A stretch of DNA of 64,000 bases from a virus. Where the stretch lies: the IMG/VR virus record IMGVR_UViG_3300042691_016049, positions 4,538 to 68,537 of that record, one strand, 5' to 3'. Under the pieces are notes generated by a model that was given only the letters and a program-made list of their open reading frames with translations, made no database searches and was not told the origin of the DNA. Within the stretch, counting starts at the first letter, position 1; the number at the start of each line of letters is the position of its first letter. The position numbers and the translations under genes are program-made. Below are positions 1 to 10,777 of the stretch, piece by piece.

Positions 1-11
1 TGGAAGGTCTT

Positions 12-3000
12 GTGGGTGTCGGGCTTGGCGCTGGCGCTGGTGCGATTGAACCCCGAACCCAACCAGCCACGAAAGAAGAAGTCGCCGCCGCAGCCGCTGA
101 AACTCAAGATGTGGCAAGGCAGAATAAAGATGTGGCTCCCGCTACCGCTTCCCTTGTTGAAGGCCAAGCAGAACAGATCGTCCAAACACAAGAAACCCCC
201 GAACAGCGAGTAGCCCGCCTCCAAGAAGAAGCTACCGCAGCAGCAGAGATTCCACTAGAAGAGCGCCCTCTAGAACAAATCACTCAAGAGGCACAAGCCC
301 GAATCGCCGAACGTCAAGGCATAGAACAATCCGAAGTAGAAGAACCTCAAGGAACTAGGGTTGAAGCGGCGGCATATAAAGCTCCCGATGGCACGGTGTT
401 TTACGGGCCTTCCCACTTGGAAGCCATGGCCCAAGCCCGCGATGCTGGAAAGATTGATCAGGCTGAGATTGATGCAAAACAAGAAACTACCTCACGCGAA
501 ACTCCTGAGTTTGGATATTCCACCGAAGCAGAAGGATTTGTTAGTCGGGATCAGGCCGAAGCGATTGCCCGCGAGTCTGAGCAGCTATTGGTAGAACAAC
601 CAGCTACAGGAAAGCTTCACAGTAATGAAGTGGCATTGGATGCTTTTATGCAACCAGAGCCAGTGGCTGAAGAGGCCCTAGTTGTCGAGGAGGCTATAGC
701 AGAAGCGCCCATTACTACAACCAGAACCATTGCAGACTCTATCCGAGATAAGGACACATTTATTTATAACGGAATGCGTGGCGCTATCAGCGTTGAAAAT
801 GATGTTACTGTTTTCCGCCCATTTGGAACTCAAGAAAGATACGAGGTTCCAGTTAATCCCAATCAGACCATAGATGAGATTGAGGGTATTGAGTGGGCAA
901 GGCGCGGGCAACGCAGAGAAGGGCGTGTTGAGCCGCAGCCAGAAATTGCATCGATTGTTGAATCAGCACCAATTGTTTCTCAGGAAGAGGTTGATGCCGA
1001 AGAATCGGAATTTGAAGTTCCAGCGGCATTGGTCGAGATTGAAAAATCTCAGACGCTCAACGATCTCGCAGATCTTTTTGACACTGGCGAATCGGTTGTT
1101 TCTCAGGAGGGCAAAAGGGAGACAAAAGTTTCTGAAACCACAGAATTTTATCGCCAAGTCAGGCCCGATCAAATTGATCAAGCCAATCGGCTTATTGACA
1201 ATGCCCTAAGAATCATCGACGCTTTACCCATATCCGAAGACCAAAAGGCGGCTATGGCAGATCCATTCCTCCTTTTGGATCAAGATATTTCAAATTATGA
1301 AAGCAACCCAGAATACCAACAATACAAAGCGTCAATCCGCACGGAGGTTCGCCCTGCTGGCGAAGCTGTCGCGATCCCCGAAACTGAAGCAGAAGTTGCA
1401 GCAGGCGTCAGGGAGCTTGAAGCAAGGTCAAGAGCAGAAGCAGTCCGCTTAGAGCGTGAGGCGCAAGCTCGCCGCGTTGCGGCTGGTCAGGCAGCATTTG
1501 TCCCAGCGCCGCAGATCGAATCTCTTTCTCGCGTAATCCGCGCTGAAGCGCAACCACAAGAGTTTGAGGCTCTTGTCGAACAGGGGCTTGCCGAGGAATA
1601 CAACGGCCAGCAGATTCTAACTCAAGCTGGATTTGACGCGCTGCCACAAGAGCAACGCCCCCGCCTGACACCCGAAGCCCGAAAGATCCAAATCGATACT
1701 GGAGCCAGCGAGGCAGCAGCAGAAGCTATTACCAAAGGTCTTCGCATTGGAGTGGATCAAGTTCCGCCGAACGTGCGTATGCCAGAAGGATGGACTCTTG
1801 ATGGAGACATTTACATACCCCCCGCCGCCCAAGCGGAAGCTGGTAGAGTTGCAAGAGATGAAGAATCAATTAAAGAAATCGCCACTCAATACGGAGTTGA
1901 TAACAGGCTTGCGACTTCTGTATTTAACAACCAAATAGTAGAAGTTCCTTCTGGAAGATGGAGTGGCCCATCCAATTGGGTTGTTGAACAATATGGTGAT
2001 AAATTTTACGCCATTCCTCCAACAACTATCAAGAATCGCCTTGCCGCGCAGGGAGAATTGCGTAGGCTTTCAATGCTTGAAAGAGCGGCACTTGCTGGTA
2101 TCTTGACCGAGCAAAGACTGCTTACCGAAACCGATGCGAAACAATACATCCAAGACGCCTCAAAACAGGGTTATAGCGCAGACGAGATTAGTGCCGCCTC
2201 CACCGCTGCAGAAGCAACGTGGAATGAACGATTCGGAGGCGATGGGAACACTCGTCAAGTTGCAGGAGAAGTATCGCCAGAAGTTGTCGATGTCGCAGCA
2301 GAAGAAGCCGAGCGGTCAAAGAGGCCAAAAGTAACTGGCGGCACAGCCCTTCCCGCTTCCAAGCTTTTTGGAATGACGGCGCGTGAGGCCCTGCAATATT
2401 TGGCCGATCAAAACCTTGGGGCCGCACAGACGGAGACAGAGGGTAGGCCGCTTAACCTTTCTCAGCAAATGCAAAGGGCGGCTTCTATATTGGCCAAGCT
2501 TCCTCTTCGCATATTGGACGCTGACTTTATTAAAAAGGCCAGAGGTAGCAATAGAGCCTATCGTGCCAACGAAGGATTTATCCGCTTTCCAGCAACTCGT
2601 CGCGGAAAAGAATACTTTGAAGCACCAGAAACATTGGTGCATGAAGTTGGGCATACTCTTACGGCTGATGCTATAAGAAAGTATGTGTTTGATCGCGCAT
2701 TCCGCAGGGCAAGTGGCGACCAATATTTAAAGGCTTTGGACAATGCTCTAGCAAATCCCAACACTCCTGAGCAAATTAAAAGACTCATAAATCTCTACAA
2801 GCAAACCATTGATGAACTTGGGATTACTCAGGAATATTTTGGTGCTGGAGGGCTTGCAGGCACTGATGCAACCATATCGCAGAAGAAGGCTTGGAATCGT
2901 AAAAAACCGCTAATAAACAAGTTTACTGGTAAAAAAATTGGATGGTATGAGCTGTATGGTTTGGCAAACTTAGATGAGTTTGTTGCACAAGCTTGGAGCG

Positions 3001-6000
3001 ATTTAGAGTTCCAAGACATGCTTAAAAATATCAAGGTTCAAAACAAGCCATCCATCTACGAGCGTTTTGTTCGCATCATTCGGGATCTATTTGGTTTTGA
3101 TAGCGACACGATGGCCGCAGCGGTCATTGATGCATCTTATGCTTTGGCAGAGTTGGAAGCCCCAGCCACTGGTGGAACTATTGAGCAGAGAATAGCCAGA
3201 ACAACGGAAGCTAGGGGCGGTGTTGCCCCTGAACAGCAGGGAGTTCAGCCCATGGCTCCAGTTGAAGAATATGCTCCAAGAACAGAAGAAGAACAAAAGG
3301 CATTTGATAAAGCGTCTTCTAATAGGGTATTGGCGCGTAATCCACAACTCGCGGTAGCCGCAGTCAGGATGAAAAATGGCGAGATCACTGCTGGACAGTA
3401 TGCTGATTTGGTAGATGCCATCGATCCATTTACTGCCAAGGGCGCAGACCCGATTCCAACTGATGGCAAAATTAAACAATACATTCAAAGTAATAAGGTT
3501 GGTAAAGTTGGACTAATTGATAAAGATGGAAATCAAAGACTTCAATCTGGTGAGCAGTATGAGTTCAGAATAGATATTCCTACTTATAATGAATCAACTA
3601 AGGCTGGAGATACCGTATATGCAATAACAGCGCATGAGGCGGTTCCAGAAACTAGTCGCCGTGTTGGAGAAACATTCGCATATATTGGTGTGGCCAAAGT
3701 TACAAACCCAACATTTATGACCAGAGCAATCTCTGGTAAGGGTTCTGCCGTAGAAATTGCTATTGGAAAAAATAAATTCCCGCTGGCTACTGTCAAAGGA
3801 AACTACGAGCCAATCACCGAACTTCCAGCCAATATTAATGACCCCAATGTTTGGACTGAGGTTGGATATAATCCAATTCGTTCCAGTTTCTTTGTGGATG
3901 TTCGCAGCAAAGATGCTGTGGTTGGTGGGTCTGAGGCCATCATGGTTGGTTCCCGTGTGTTTGTTAAAGATGCTGTGTTGGAACCTCGTCCGACTGGAGT
4001 CACCATGGGCGAGCTTTATGCTCCGCAAGAAGTTCCGCAAGAAATCCCTACATTCTCTGAGGGAAGCCCAGAAGCAGCGACTCTTTCTGCCATGGCAGCA
4101 TCAATGGCCAAGGTGGATGCGGCGTCCGAGGCCAAAGGCCCGACAACCTTGAAGATTAGCGAGATAGCCTCTATCTGGATGGATCAGGGTGGTGACGCTC
4201 GCCAGCTTCAAGATCTTATCACGCAAAACACAAACCTTACACCAGCCAATGCAAGGCGTGTGGCCAATGCTATTGAGCGCCAATACGATATCCAGCAGTC
4301 GATTGCTTCGGCGTTTATCGAAACTCAGACTGGTCTTTCTGTGGAAGCGTTACCAGAAGGCGTGACACTTCCCAAGGAGGTTGATCCTGATCGTCCGCGA
4401 CCCATCATGCAGCGCCTGTTCGACGTATTCATGGGAGTCAGGGTTCCGCCCGTGAAGATCACAGTCAATGAGAAGACCGCGCTTAATCAGCAGATTCGTC
4501 TCAAGGCAGCGGCTACCCGCGAGGCCAAGAAAGCCCAAAAAGAGACGGCTAATGAGGTTGTTGAGATCATTAAGGCCATGGAGCTTCGTGGCCCCGTTCG
4601 CCCGAAACAGGCCCAAGCCCTTGCCAAACGTGCGGCCAAAGTTATTTGGACTAGCGAAAAGTCTATCGAATCTTTCACCGATTATGCTGCCAAGGTTGTT
4701 GAAAACACCAACTATGATGCCGATCTTCGCGAAGCAAGAGACGCACAGAAACGAGCCAAAGCACTTTCAAAACAGAAAAAAGTCGCCCTTTCTCCGCAGC
4801 GTGAGGTCTTGGATGATATCAGCAAAATCGCGGTTAACCGAATCGAAGATCCGAGGATGTTTGCCGAGATGGTTAACTACTATTTGAGTGGATTCAAGGC
4901 TGTCCTATCTCCTGACTATGTGGTTGTTCCTGATTTAGAAATGCAGGGCTATCTTGCCAGCGTCAAAGACGAGGAAATTCAAAGCCAGCGCGAGCTTGAT
5001 CGCGCCGTCAACCTCCGCCTTGCCGAGAAATATGGGGTTGATCCCGAAGAAGTAAATGAAGTTTTAGCGGCATTCGATGTCATCAAAGAAATTGAAGCCA
5101 GCGAGAATCGCGAGGCTATCGACAATCTTCTAACCGAGAAAGCCATTGAAACACGCGATGGACTCAGGGCTTACGATCCGACTCCGCTTCGCGAAGATCA
5201 ACGCAGGGTGGTTGAAGCTATGGCCAAGGTCGATCCAGCCGCCTTGGACGCCGAAGAGCGTCAGCGTTTTATCCGTATTGCCAACAATGTGATCTTTAAC
5301 AATCAAACCAATGGCGCGGAATACTTTATGTCTGTAGCCAATGGGCAGCAGAATGCCCGCATGGCCGCACAGGATAGTGACATGGTCGCTCGCAACAAAG
5401 CTTGGGTAAATCTTCTTCCTGCCTTTGGATCTATCAAAGCCGAGAAGACCATGAAGGGATGGGCGCTTGAGCTTCAATCCGTTTCCGACACTTTCCGCAA
5501 TGCTTTCGGCCTCAAATCCATGGCCAAAATTTACAAGGCCATGGGAATGCTTGATCTCAATTCAAGTTTTGCACAGGCCAACAATACTGTTGATCAGATT
5601 CAGGAAGAGATGGCCGAGTTCCATAATGGCCTTGAAAAGAAATATGGCGCAGTTTCCCGCAATCAAGATGGTCTATTGGCAGAGGGTATTGTTGGATTCC
5701 TAATTCAACGTGTTCCAAAAAAAGACGAAGCAGACTCTATCGCGCAACGCCGAGATCTAATCAGGCAAGACATCGCCAACCGCCGTCAGTCTGGAGAGCT
5801 TGATCGAATTGCCATGGCAGATCGCATCGAAACGATCCTGAATCAGATCGATGGAACTTCAACGCAAGATATTTTGGATAAACTCAAGGAAGCTTATCGC
5901 CCTAACTATGATTCATTAATCTGGTACAAGGATACGCTCCTTCCTAAATACAAAGACTTCCTTAAAAACTTTGATGAGAACTTCAACGATCAGGCCAACA

Positions 6001-7757
6001 ACTACGATAACCCTGATTATCTTCCAATTGCTTTTACTTCTGTTGGGCCTTCGCTTGCCATCACTAAAGAAGAAGAACAAGTGTTCTATGATCAGGTCTC
6101 TCTCCGCCCGAAACAATCCGCCAACACTATCAAGCGGGTTGATTACGCTACACTTCCAAAAGACCGCACCACAGGAACGCCAAAAGAAATTGAATTTAAT
6201 CTTCGCCGCAACGCATTCAACAGTCTTTCTGACCAGATTAACAAGGCTTATACTTCTGGTGCTTGGCAGCAAATCGCTTCGTTTATGAAGACTCCTGAGT
6301 CCACTCAGGTTTTCGGTGGACAGGCAAACAAAGACTTCTTTGTGGATCGTCTCAATCGTTTGCGCCTTTCAAGAATGCGGCGTGGGGCCATGAGTCGCGG
6401 AGCATTTGAGAAAGCCGCCGATGCGGTAGGCGTGATCTCCCGCAAGCTTGGCACTGGCATTGCCTTGGGTGGCGTCTACCAATGGATCAAGCAGCCTCCT
6501 GATCAGCTTGTTACGGCTTGGGGTAGTGGTGCGCGTGGTGAAGTATTGGCCCGTAACATTGCTCCATCTAATCAGAAAGCAGCCCGAACCCTACTCAACA
6601 AATTCTCAATTGGACGGCGTGGTGACGCTTCTGCTGGTTATAAATATATCAACCAGATGGAGGGCCATCAAAACCGACTTGAACGCTACTTCTCCGAAAG
6701 CAAATGGGAACAGGCCAAAGAACAGGCTGGCAAGATTGCCGATGTTTGGATGTTTGGTCTAAAGAAATCTGATTTTATTGCGGCCTCCGCAGCTTGGATG
6801 ACTTACTACGAAACCGAGCTTAACAAGCGGAATATCCAGATCACCGACTGGAACCAAGAAGCTGAATTGATTGACGGCGATAACGACAGACAGGAAGCCG
6901 CAGCCTATGCCGAGCAGATGACTGATATTTATCAGGGATCTTCCGATCCTACTCAGATGGCTGTGTTTGCCCAAAGCGGAAAGTCTGGAGCCGAGAATCT
7001 TCTTAAAGCTATGTTTGTCCCCTTCAACTCGTTTGCCGTTCAGCAACGCATGAGGCTTTATTCCGATGTCCGAGACGTTTTGAGTGGAGACAAGCGTTCG
7101 CGTGGAGGGCTTGCTGGAACAATTGGTGGCCTCATTCTTTTCCATGCTACTAAGCGATATGTCCTTCCTGTTATTTCTGGATCAGCAATTGGCGTCCTCT
7201 ATAGCTTGATGGGTGTGGATGTCGAAGAGCTAGACGAGGAGAAGCAGAAGGAGCGGGCCAGCAAGAACTTCCGCCAGTTTCTTGCTGATGCGAGTTCCAA
7301 CTTGCTCGTTGGTGGCATGCCGCAAGTTATTGAATCTCAGCTTATTAAGGCTTTCAATTATGCCGCTTATCTCACTGCCATGCAGCTTGAGGACGAATCA
7401 GTAATGGGCGACGATGGAGAACTTATCTCATTTGATAAGTATCAAAAGGAGCGTTCGCCACTCTATCGTTATCAGACTTATGGTGGAGCCATGAGCCTTG
7501 GCATGTTGGAGATTGGTTTTGATCAGGCAAAACAAGTTGCCCTAAATACAAAGATGCTGGCATCTCCTGAAGAAATGGAGGCATTTACTCCTGAAGAAAA
7601 ACGACTTCTTTATTTCTCCGCGCTTTCCGATTGGCTCTATCTCATGCGCCTAAACGACACTGACTTTGCGCGTTTGGTGCAGAAGGCCCGCCGCGACATG
7701 ATCAAATCCGCCGAAGAGCGCGAGAAAGAACTGGCCCGAATCCGCGCTGGGCGCTAG
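12..7757 (+). CDS. Giant internal virion / ejectosome-like (large polyvalent-type) protein with zincin metallopeptidase motif; 5' end probably outside the window
   Basis: 2581 aa open from the window edge. Acidic Ala/Glu-rich N-terminus, HExxH (LVHEVGH) with a downstream 'LDEFVAQ' third-ligand motif, and a helical C-terminus typical of podovirus injection proteins. Confidence 0.7.
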   Translation: MGVGLGAGAGAIEPRTQPATKEEVAAAAAETQDVARQNKDVAPATASLVEGQAEQIVQTQETPEQRVARLQEEATAAAEIPLEERPLEQITQEAQARIAERQGIEQSEVEEPQGTRVEAAAYKAPDGTVFYGPSHLEAMAQARDAGKIDQAEIDAKQETTSRETPEFGYSTEAEGFVSRDQAEAIARESEQLLVEQPATGKLHSNEVALDAFMQPEPVAEEALVVEEAIAEAPITTTRTIADSIRDKDTFIYNGMRGAISVENDVTVFRPFGTQERYEVPVNPNQTIDEIEGIEWARRGQRREGRVEPQPEIASIVESAPIVSQEEVDAEESEFEVPAALVEIEKSQTLNDLADLFDTGESVVSQEGKRETKVSETTEFYRQVRPDQIDQANRLIDNALRIIDALPISEDQKAAMADPFLLLDQDISNYESNPEYQQYKASIRTEVRPAGEAVAIPETEAEVAAGVRELEARSRAEAVRLEREAQARRVAAGQAAFVPAPQIESLSRVIRAEAQPQEFEALVEQGLAEEYNGQQILTQAGFDALPQEQRPRLTPEARKIQIDTGASEAAAEAITKGLRIGVDQVPPNVRMPEGWTLDGDIYIPPAAQAEAGRVARDEESIKEIATQYGVDNRLATSVFNNQIVEVPSGRWSGPSNWVVEQYGDKFYAIPPTTIKNRLAAQGELRRLSMLERAALAGILTEQRLLTETDAKQYIQDASKQGYSADEISAASTAAEATWNERFGGDGNTRQVAGEVSPEVVDVAAEEAERSKRPKVTGGTALPASKLFGMTAREALQYLADQNLGAAQTETEGRPLNLSQQMQRAASILAKLPLRILDADFIKKARGSNRAYRANEGFIRFPATRRGKEYFEAPETLVHEVGHTLTADAIRKYVFDRAFRRASGDQYLKALDNALANPNTPEQIKRLINLYKQTIDELGITQEYFGAGGLAGTDATISQKKAWNRKKPLINKFTGKKIGWYELYGLANLDEFVAQAWSDLEFQDMLKNIKVQNKPSIYERFVRIIRDLFGFDSDTMAAAVIDASYALAELEAPATGGTIEQRIARTTEARGGVAPEQQGVQPMAPVEEYAPRTEEEQKAFDKASSNRVLARNPQLAVAAVRMKNGEITAGQYADLVDAIDPFTAKGADPIPTDGKIKQYIQSNKVGKVGLIDKDGNQRLQSGEQYEFRIDIPTYNESTKAGDTVYAITAHEAVPETSRRVGETFAYIGVAKVTNPTFMTRAISGKGSAVEIAIGKNKFPLATVKGNYEPITELPANINDPNVWTEVGYNPIRSSFFVDVRSKDAVVGGSEAIMVGSRVFVKDAVLEPRPTGVTMGELYAPQEVPQEIPTFSEGSPEAATLSAMAASMAKVDAASEAKGPTTLKISEIASIWMDQGGDARQLQDLITQNTNLTPANARRVANAIERQYDIQQSIASAFIETQTGLSVEALPEGVTLPKEVDPDRPRPIMQRLFDVFMGVRVPPVKITVNEKTALNQQIRLKAAATREAKKAQKETANEVVEIIKAMELRGPVRPKQAQALAKRAAKVIWTSEKSIESFTDYAAKVVENTNYDADLREARDAQKRAKALSKQKKVALSPQREVLDDISKIAVNRIEDPRMFAEMVNYYLSGFKAVLSPDYVVVPDLEMQGYLASVKDEEIQSQRELDRAVNLRLAEKYGVDPEEVNEVLAAFDVIKEIEASENREAIDNLLTEKAIETRDGLRAYDPTPLREDQRRVVEAMAKVDPAALDAEERQRFIRIANNVIFNNQTNGAEYFMSVANGQQNARMAAQDSDMVARNKAWVNLLPAFGSIKAEKTMKGWALELQSVSDTFRNAFGLKSMAKIYKAMGMLDLNSSFAQANNTVDQIQEEMAEFHNGLEKKYGAVSRNQDGLLAEGIVGFLIQRVPKKDEADSIAQRRDLIRQDIANRRQSGELDRIAMADRIETILNQIDGTSTQDILDKLKEAYRPNYDSLIWYKDTLLPKYKDFLKNFDENFNDQANNYDNPDYLPIAFTSVGPSLAITKEEEQVFYDQVSLRPKQSANTIKRVDYATLPKDRTTGTPKEIEFNLRRNAFNSLSDQINKAYTSGAWQQIASFMKTPESTQVFGGQANKDFFVDRLNRLRLSRMRRGAMSRGAFEKAADAVGVISRKLGTGIALGGVYQWIKQPPDQLVTAWGSGARGEVLARNIAPSNQKAARTLLNKFSIGRRGDASAGYKYINQMEGHQNRLERYFSESKWEQAKEQAGKIADVWMFGLKKSDFIAASAAWMTYYETELNKRNIQITDWNQEAELIDGDNDRQEAAAYAEQMTDIYQGSSDPTQMAVFAQSGKSGAENLLKAMFVPFNSFAVQQRMRLYSDVRDVLSGDKRSRGGLAGTIGGLILFHATKRYVLPVISGSAIGVLYSLMGVDVEELDEEKQKERASKNFRQFLADASSNLLVGGMPQVIESQLIKAFNYAAYLTAMQLEDESVMGDDGELISFDKYQKERSPLYRYQTYGGAMSLGMLEIGFDQAKQVALNTKMLASPEEMEAFTPEEKRLLYFSALSDWLYLMRLNDTDFARLVQKARRDMIKSAEEREKELARIRAGR

Positions 7758-8482
7758 ATCAATCCGCGCTTCTTGGCCTCGTCCAATTCTTCCTGCATCC
7801 ATTGCTGGGCATACCAGACTTCGGCGTCCCAAGGTAGTGGTCTCATGCGGTCAACCCCGAAAGATAGCCTTCCGTAGTTGTTGGGGCTGTTCTCTTCCAG
7901 TTTAACAAACTTGTCCTCTGGCAGCATGTCCTTGTCATGTGGTAGGAATAGATAGCCGCGCAAGAAATCCAGAATGAAACTATGGCGGATAAGGAAGGTT
8001 GATTGGGCGCAACTCATCCAAGGTGCAGCGTCCATCTTTGCCCCGAATACCATGCCCTTGTCACCGAGATCCTGATACAGGCGTTCTGGAACAGAACCGA
8101 ACCACAAGCAATCAGCTTCTTTATAAATGAAATCTCTTCCGCAGTTGTAGGCAATCATGGCCAAGGCACAGATCGACGCCGACCATCCGCATAGTCCCTC
8201 GCGACCCTCTTTAATAAGGTCTCCGACATGCCCTGCATTGTGATTACAGAGGATGTGATTGATTGCTGGAACATTCCTGACAGTTGAGATGATATGGTAA
8301 TCGTGGGTATATCTTTCGGTGTTCTCCCGCCAGATATCATAAAAAGACCGATCCCAATCAGATCGGTAGTGGTAGCCAGAACCAACAACGTAACTCATCT
8401 TTTGCGGTAGATAGATAGGGTGGGCTTTATCCAACGCGCCGTAGCAATAGATCTCAAATCCCGTGAGAACTCTTCCATCCAT
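7754..8482 (-). CDS. Putative GT-A-like glycosyltransferase (true start probably the ATG near 8398)
   Basis: 'FIYKEADCLWF' DxD-like motif after a beta strand; last gene of a GT/MTase cluster. Confidence 0.5.
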   Translation of the reverse strand: MDGRVLTGFEIYCYGALDKAHPIYLPQKMSYVVGSGYHYRSDWDRSFYDIWRENTERYTHDYHIISTVRNVPAINHILCNHNAGHVGDLIKEGREGLCGWSASICALAMIAYNCGRDFIYKEADCLWFGSVPERLYQDLGDKGMVFGAKMDAAPWMSCAQSTFLIRHSFILDFLRGYLFLPHDKDMLPEDKFVKLEENSPNNYGRLSFGVDRMRPLPWDAEVWYAQQWMQEELDEAKKRGLI

Positions 8483-8961
8483 TGATATCCCCAGAACTCA
8501 AAGATATCATTCCAATAGGATTGCGGCTGGCAATTAACATGATGGTGGCCCCCGTCACTCCATTGCGGTTCAGAGTAGGTCATGGCCACGATACTGGCAG
8601 AATTGAAGGTAGCCATGTAGTTGCTCACATACCTCTGTTCAACGTGTTCAACAAATTCACAAGACCAAGCAAGATCAAATGATCTATTGGGCCTATATGG
8701 GCCTTGGGTATAATCATGGATCATTATCCTGTCCTTGATCGGGCTATTTTCCAAAGCCTTGGTTGATCCCTCAATTCCGATTACATCCTTAACCCCACCT
8801 TCTCTAAACCACTTCATTGAGTGGGCCTCTCCACATCCTATATCGATCAGGCTTTTGGGATTGAAAGTATCAATCAGTTTTTGCCACACAATTGGATCAT
8901 AGGTATCAGGATCTCCTCCCTGAACAAAACCTCCGAGATGTCCGTCTTGTACGAGAATCAT
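8395..8961 (-). CDS. Class I SAM-dependent methyltransferase
   Basis: Motif I 'LIDIGCGEA', 'FDLAWSCEFVEHV' and 'GHHHVNCQ'. Confidence 0.85.
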   Translation of the reverse strand: MILVQDGHLGGFVQGGDPDTYDPIVWQKLIDTFNPKSLIDIGCGEAHSMKWFREGGVKDVIGIEGSTKALENSPIKDRIMIHDYTQGPYRPNRSFDLAWSCEFVEHVEQRYVSNYMATFNSASIVAMTYSEPQWSDGGHHHVNCQPQSYWNDIFEFWGYQWMEEFSRDLRSIATARWIKPTLSIYRKR

Positions 8962-9467
8962 TTAATTGCCTCCATAATAATAGTTTCAATCTTGTTGTTG
9001 TGATCTCCGATAACTTTGCCATGACCCTCCAGTTCGCTGAAGTCGCAGCCATATATCTTGTCAGGGTCAAACCCCGCAGCAAACAAACAGGCATCAAGGA
9101 TTGATTCGTTCCACGCTGAGAGATGGCCATGATCCAGCAAGATAGAACGGACTGCCCCACGCTTTGTTCCGTCTCCGAATCCAGATTGTCCGTGCCATTT
9201 GAGGTAGGCTCCGTCTGCCAGATCGTAGATCTTAGACGCGCTAGGAACCGCCACTCGCAATATTCCCTCTGGTTTCAAGACTCGCAGGGCTTCCGCAAAA
9301 AACCGCACAGCATCAGGTGTTGTGGTGTGTTCGACGCAGTGTTCGATAAAAATAAAATCAATTGAATTGCCATCATAAGGAAGTGGTTTGGTTATATCCA
9401 AATCCATATCGTGATTCTCCCAACCATCCAGAATGTTTCCTCCGCAGCCTAAATTTAGTTTTCTCAT
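8958..9467 (-). CDS. Class I SAM-dependent methyltransferase (Methyltransf_11-like)
   Basis: 'KLNLGCGGNILDGWENHD', 'EHCVEH' and 'RVLKPEGILRVAVP'. Confidence 0.85.
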   Translation of the reverse strand: MRKLNLGCGGNILDGWENHDMDLDITKPLPYDGNSIDFIFIEHCVEHTTTPDAVRFFAEALRVLKPEGILRVAVPSASKIYDLADGAYLKWHGQSGFGDGTKRGAVRSILLDHGHLSAWNESILDACLFAAGFDPDKIYGCDFSELEGHGKVIGDHNNKIETIIMEAIK

Positions 9468-10777
9468 GTCAGTAGCATTTTAAATATTCTTTCATTCCAT
9501 TTTGAGGCTGGACGATCCATGGAATCTGTCCAGCTTGATGGGTGGTCTTCATGGTAAAGAATTTTTTCATTCGGGATTTCGGCAGGATAGCGGTCTTCGA
9601 TCAGGTTGTCCATCGTGGAAACCCAACCGAATTGTCGCCTAATCCAAGCGGCTACAGCCAAATCAAACCAAGGAGAAGCCACGGCACAGTCAGGGAAATT
9701 ATAGATTCGGTCTGCCAACCAGTCCCAACGAAAGGCGAATAGCTCCCTGCCTATGTGGGCGGGATCTCGCCTCACCCCGACAGCCCCGAACCTACGGCAA
9801 TGTTCGACTACCTTATGGAGGTTGATGATTTGAACATCGTCATTAGTCCAGACAATGATGTCCCGATGTCTGGTGAACTTCAAAGCCTTGGCCAGCATCT
9901 CCTTCAACATAGGTAGCGGACGCCGATCCCCGATATTATTGGCAGTCCGATGAATATTCTCTGCTGTGAGCATATGGTCGAAGTGGGATTTTTGGTTCTT
10001 AAAAGCCTCTCTGTGGCGTTTTTCCTGCCCGAATCGATCCACAATCGCCCAGACTTCGCCTATTGGAACCAGTGTTTTCTCAACCTCGTCACAGATCTGA
10101 TCCACGTTGTAGTCATGATATCGGAAGGTGGAGGTAGCGGTAACTGGAGGTGGACTGCCCCGCCATCCGTCATTAATTAAGGCAATCGTTGGACACTTGG
10201 CGGCATTAGCCAACCACAGGTGAAGGGTATCGATAGTGACCAGACAGGAGGCCGCATCTAAAACACCTAATAAATCAAATGGCTTTTCTGCTTGGATGGT
10301 GGACAGGTCTACGATCTTGTATTTGGGGAATCTTGCTTTGAGTCCGCGAATCAAATGCGCCCCGTGCAAGAGCGGAGAGCTTATCCCATGGGTGGCCACG
10401 GCAATGAATGGGCCGTCAGGAATTAACCTCGCTTCTCTCTGGAAATCACGCCGATCAAAGACATAGGGATGTTTGCGCCACTGATCCCGAAATCCTCCCA
10501 AACGATAGCTTTCTAAGGCATAATTCTTTTCCTGTTTGGTTTCTTTGGGATGCATGAAGACCTGTGCAACCCGCAGATCTGGCAATCCTTGGCAAAGCCC
10601 GATGCAATGCTGTAACTCTACAGGGTCTCCGCTATACTTCTTAGTCTGGCAGTAGCTTGTCCCATCAAAGATCGAAGAGTATTTCTCCGATGTTACAAAG
10701 GTAGTTCCCTTGTTGGCATAAGCCACGGGCAAGAGATTAATATGGTCTCCGAGTCTTCCAAGATTCAGGATGGTCAT
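9464..10777 (-). CDS. GT9 (heptosyltransferase-like) glycosyltransferase fused to a second GT-A-like domain
   Basis: N-terminal 'RLGDHINLLP', 'LVTIDTLHLWLANAAKCPTIAL', and C-terminal 'IIVWTNDDV'. Confidence 0.7.
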   Translation of the reverse strand: MTILNLGRLGDHINLLPVAYANKGTTFVTSEKYSSIFDGTSYCQTKKYSGDPVELQHCIGLCQGLPDLRVAQVFMHPKETKQEKNYALESYRLGGFRDQWRKHPYVFDRRDFQREARLIPDGPFIAVATHGISSPLLHGAHLIRGLKARFPKYKIVDLSTIQAEKPFDLLGVLDAASCLVTIDTLHLWLANAAKCPTIALINDGWRGSPPPVTATSTFRYHDYNVDQICDEVEKTLVPIGEVWAIVDRFGQEKRHREAFKNQKSHFDHMLTAENIHRTANNIGDRRPLPMLKEMLAKALKFTRHRDIIVWTNDDVQIINLHKVVEHCRRFGAVGVRRDPAHIGRELFAFRWDWLADRIYNFPDCAVASPWFDLAVAAWIRRQFGWVSTMDNLIEDRYPAEIPNEKILYHEDHPSSWTDSMDRPASKWNERIFKMLLT

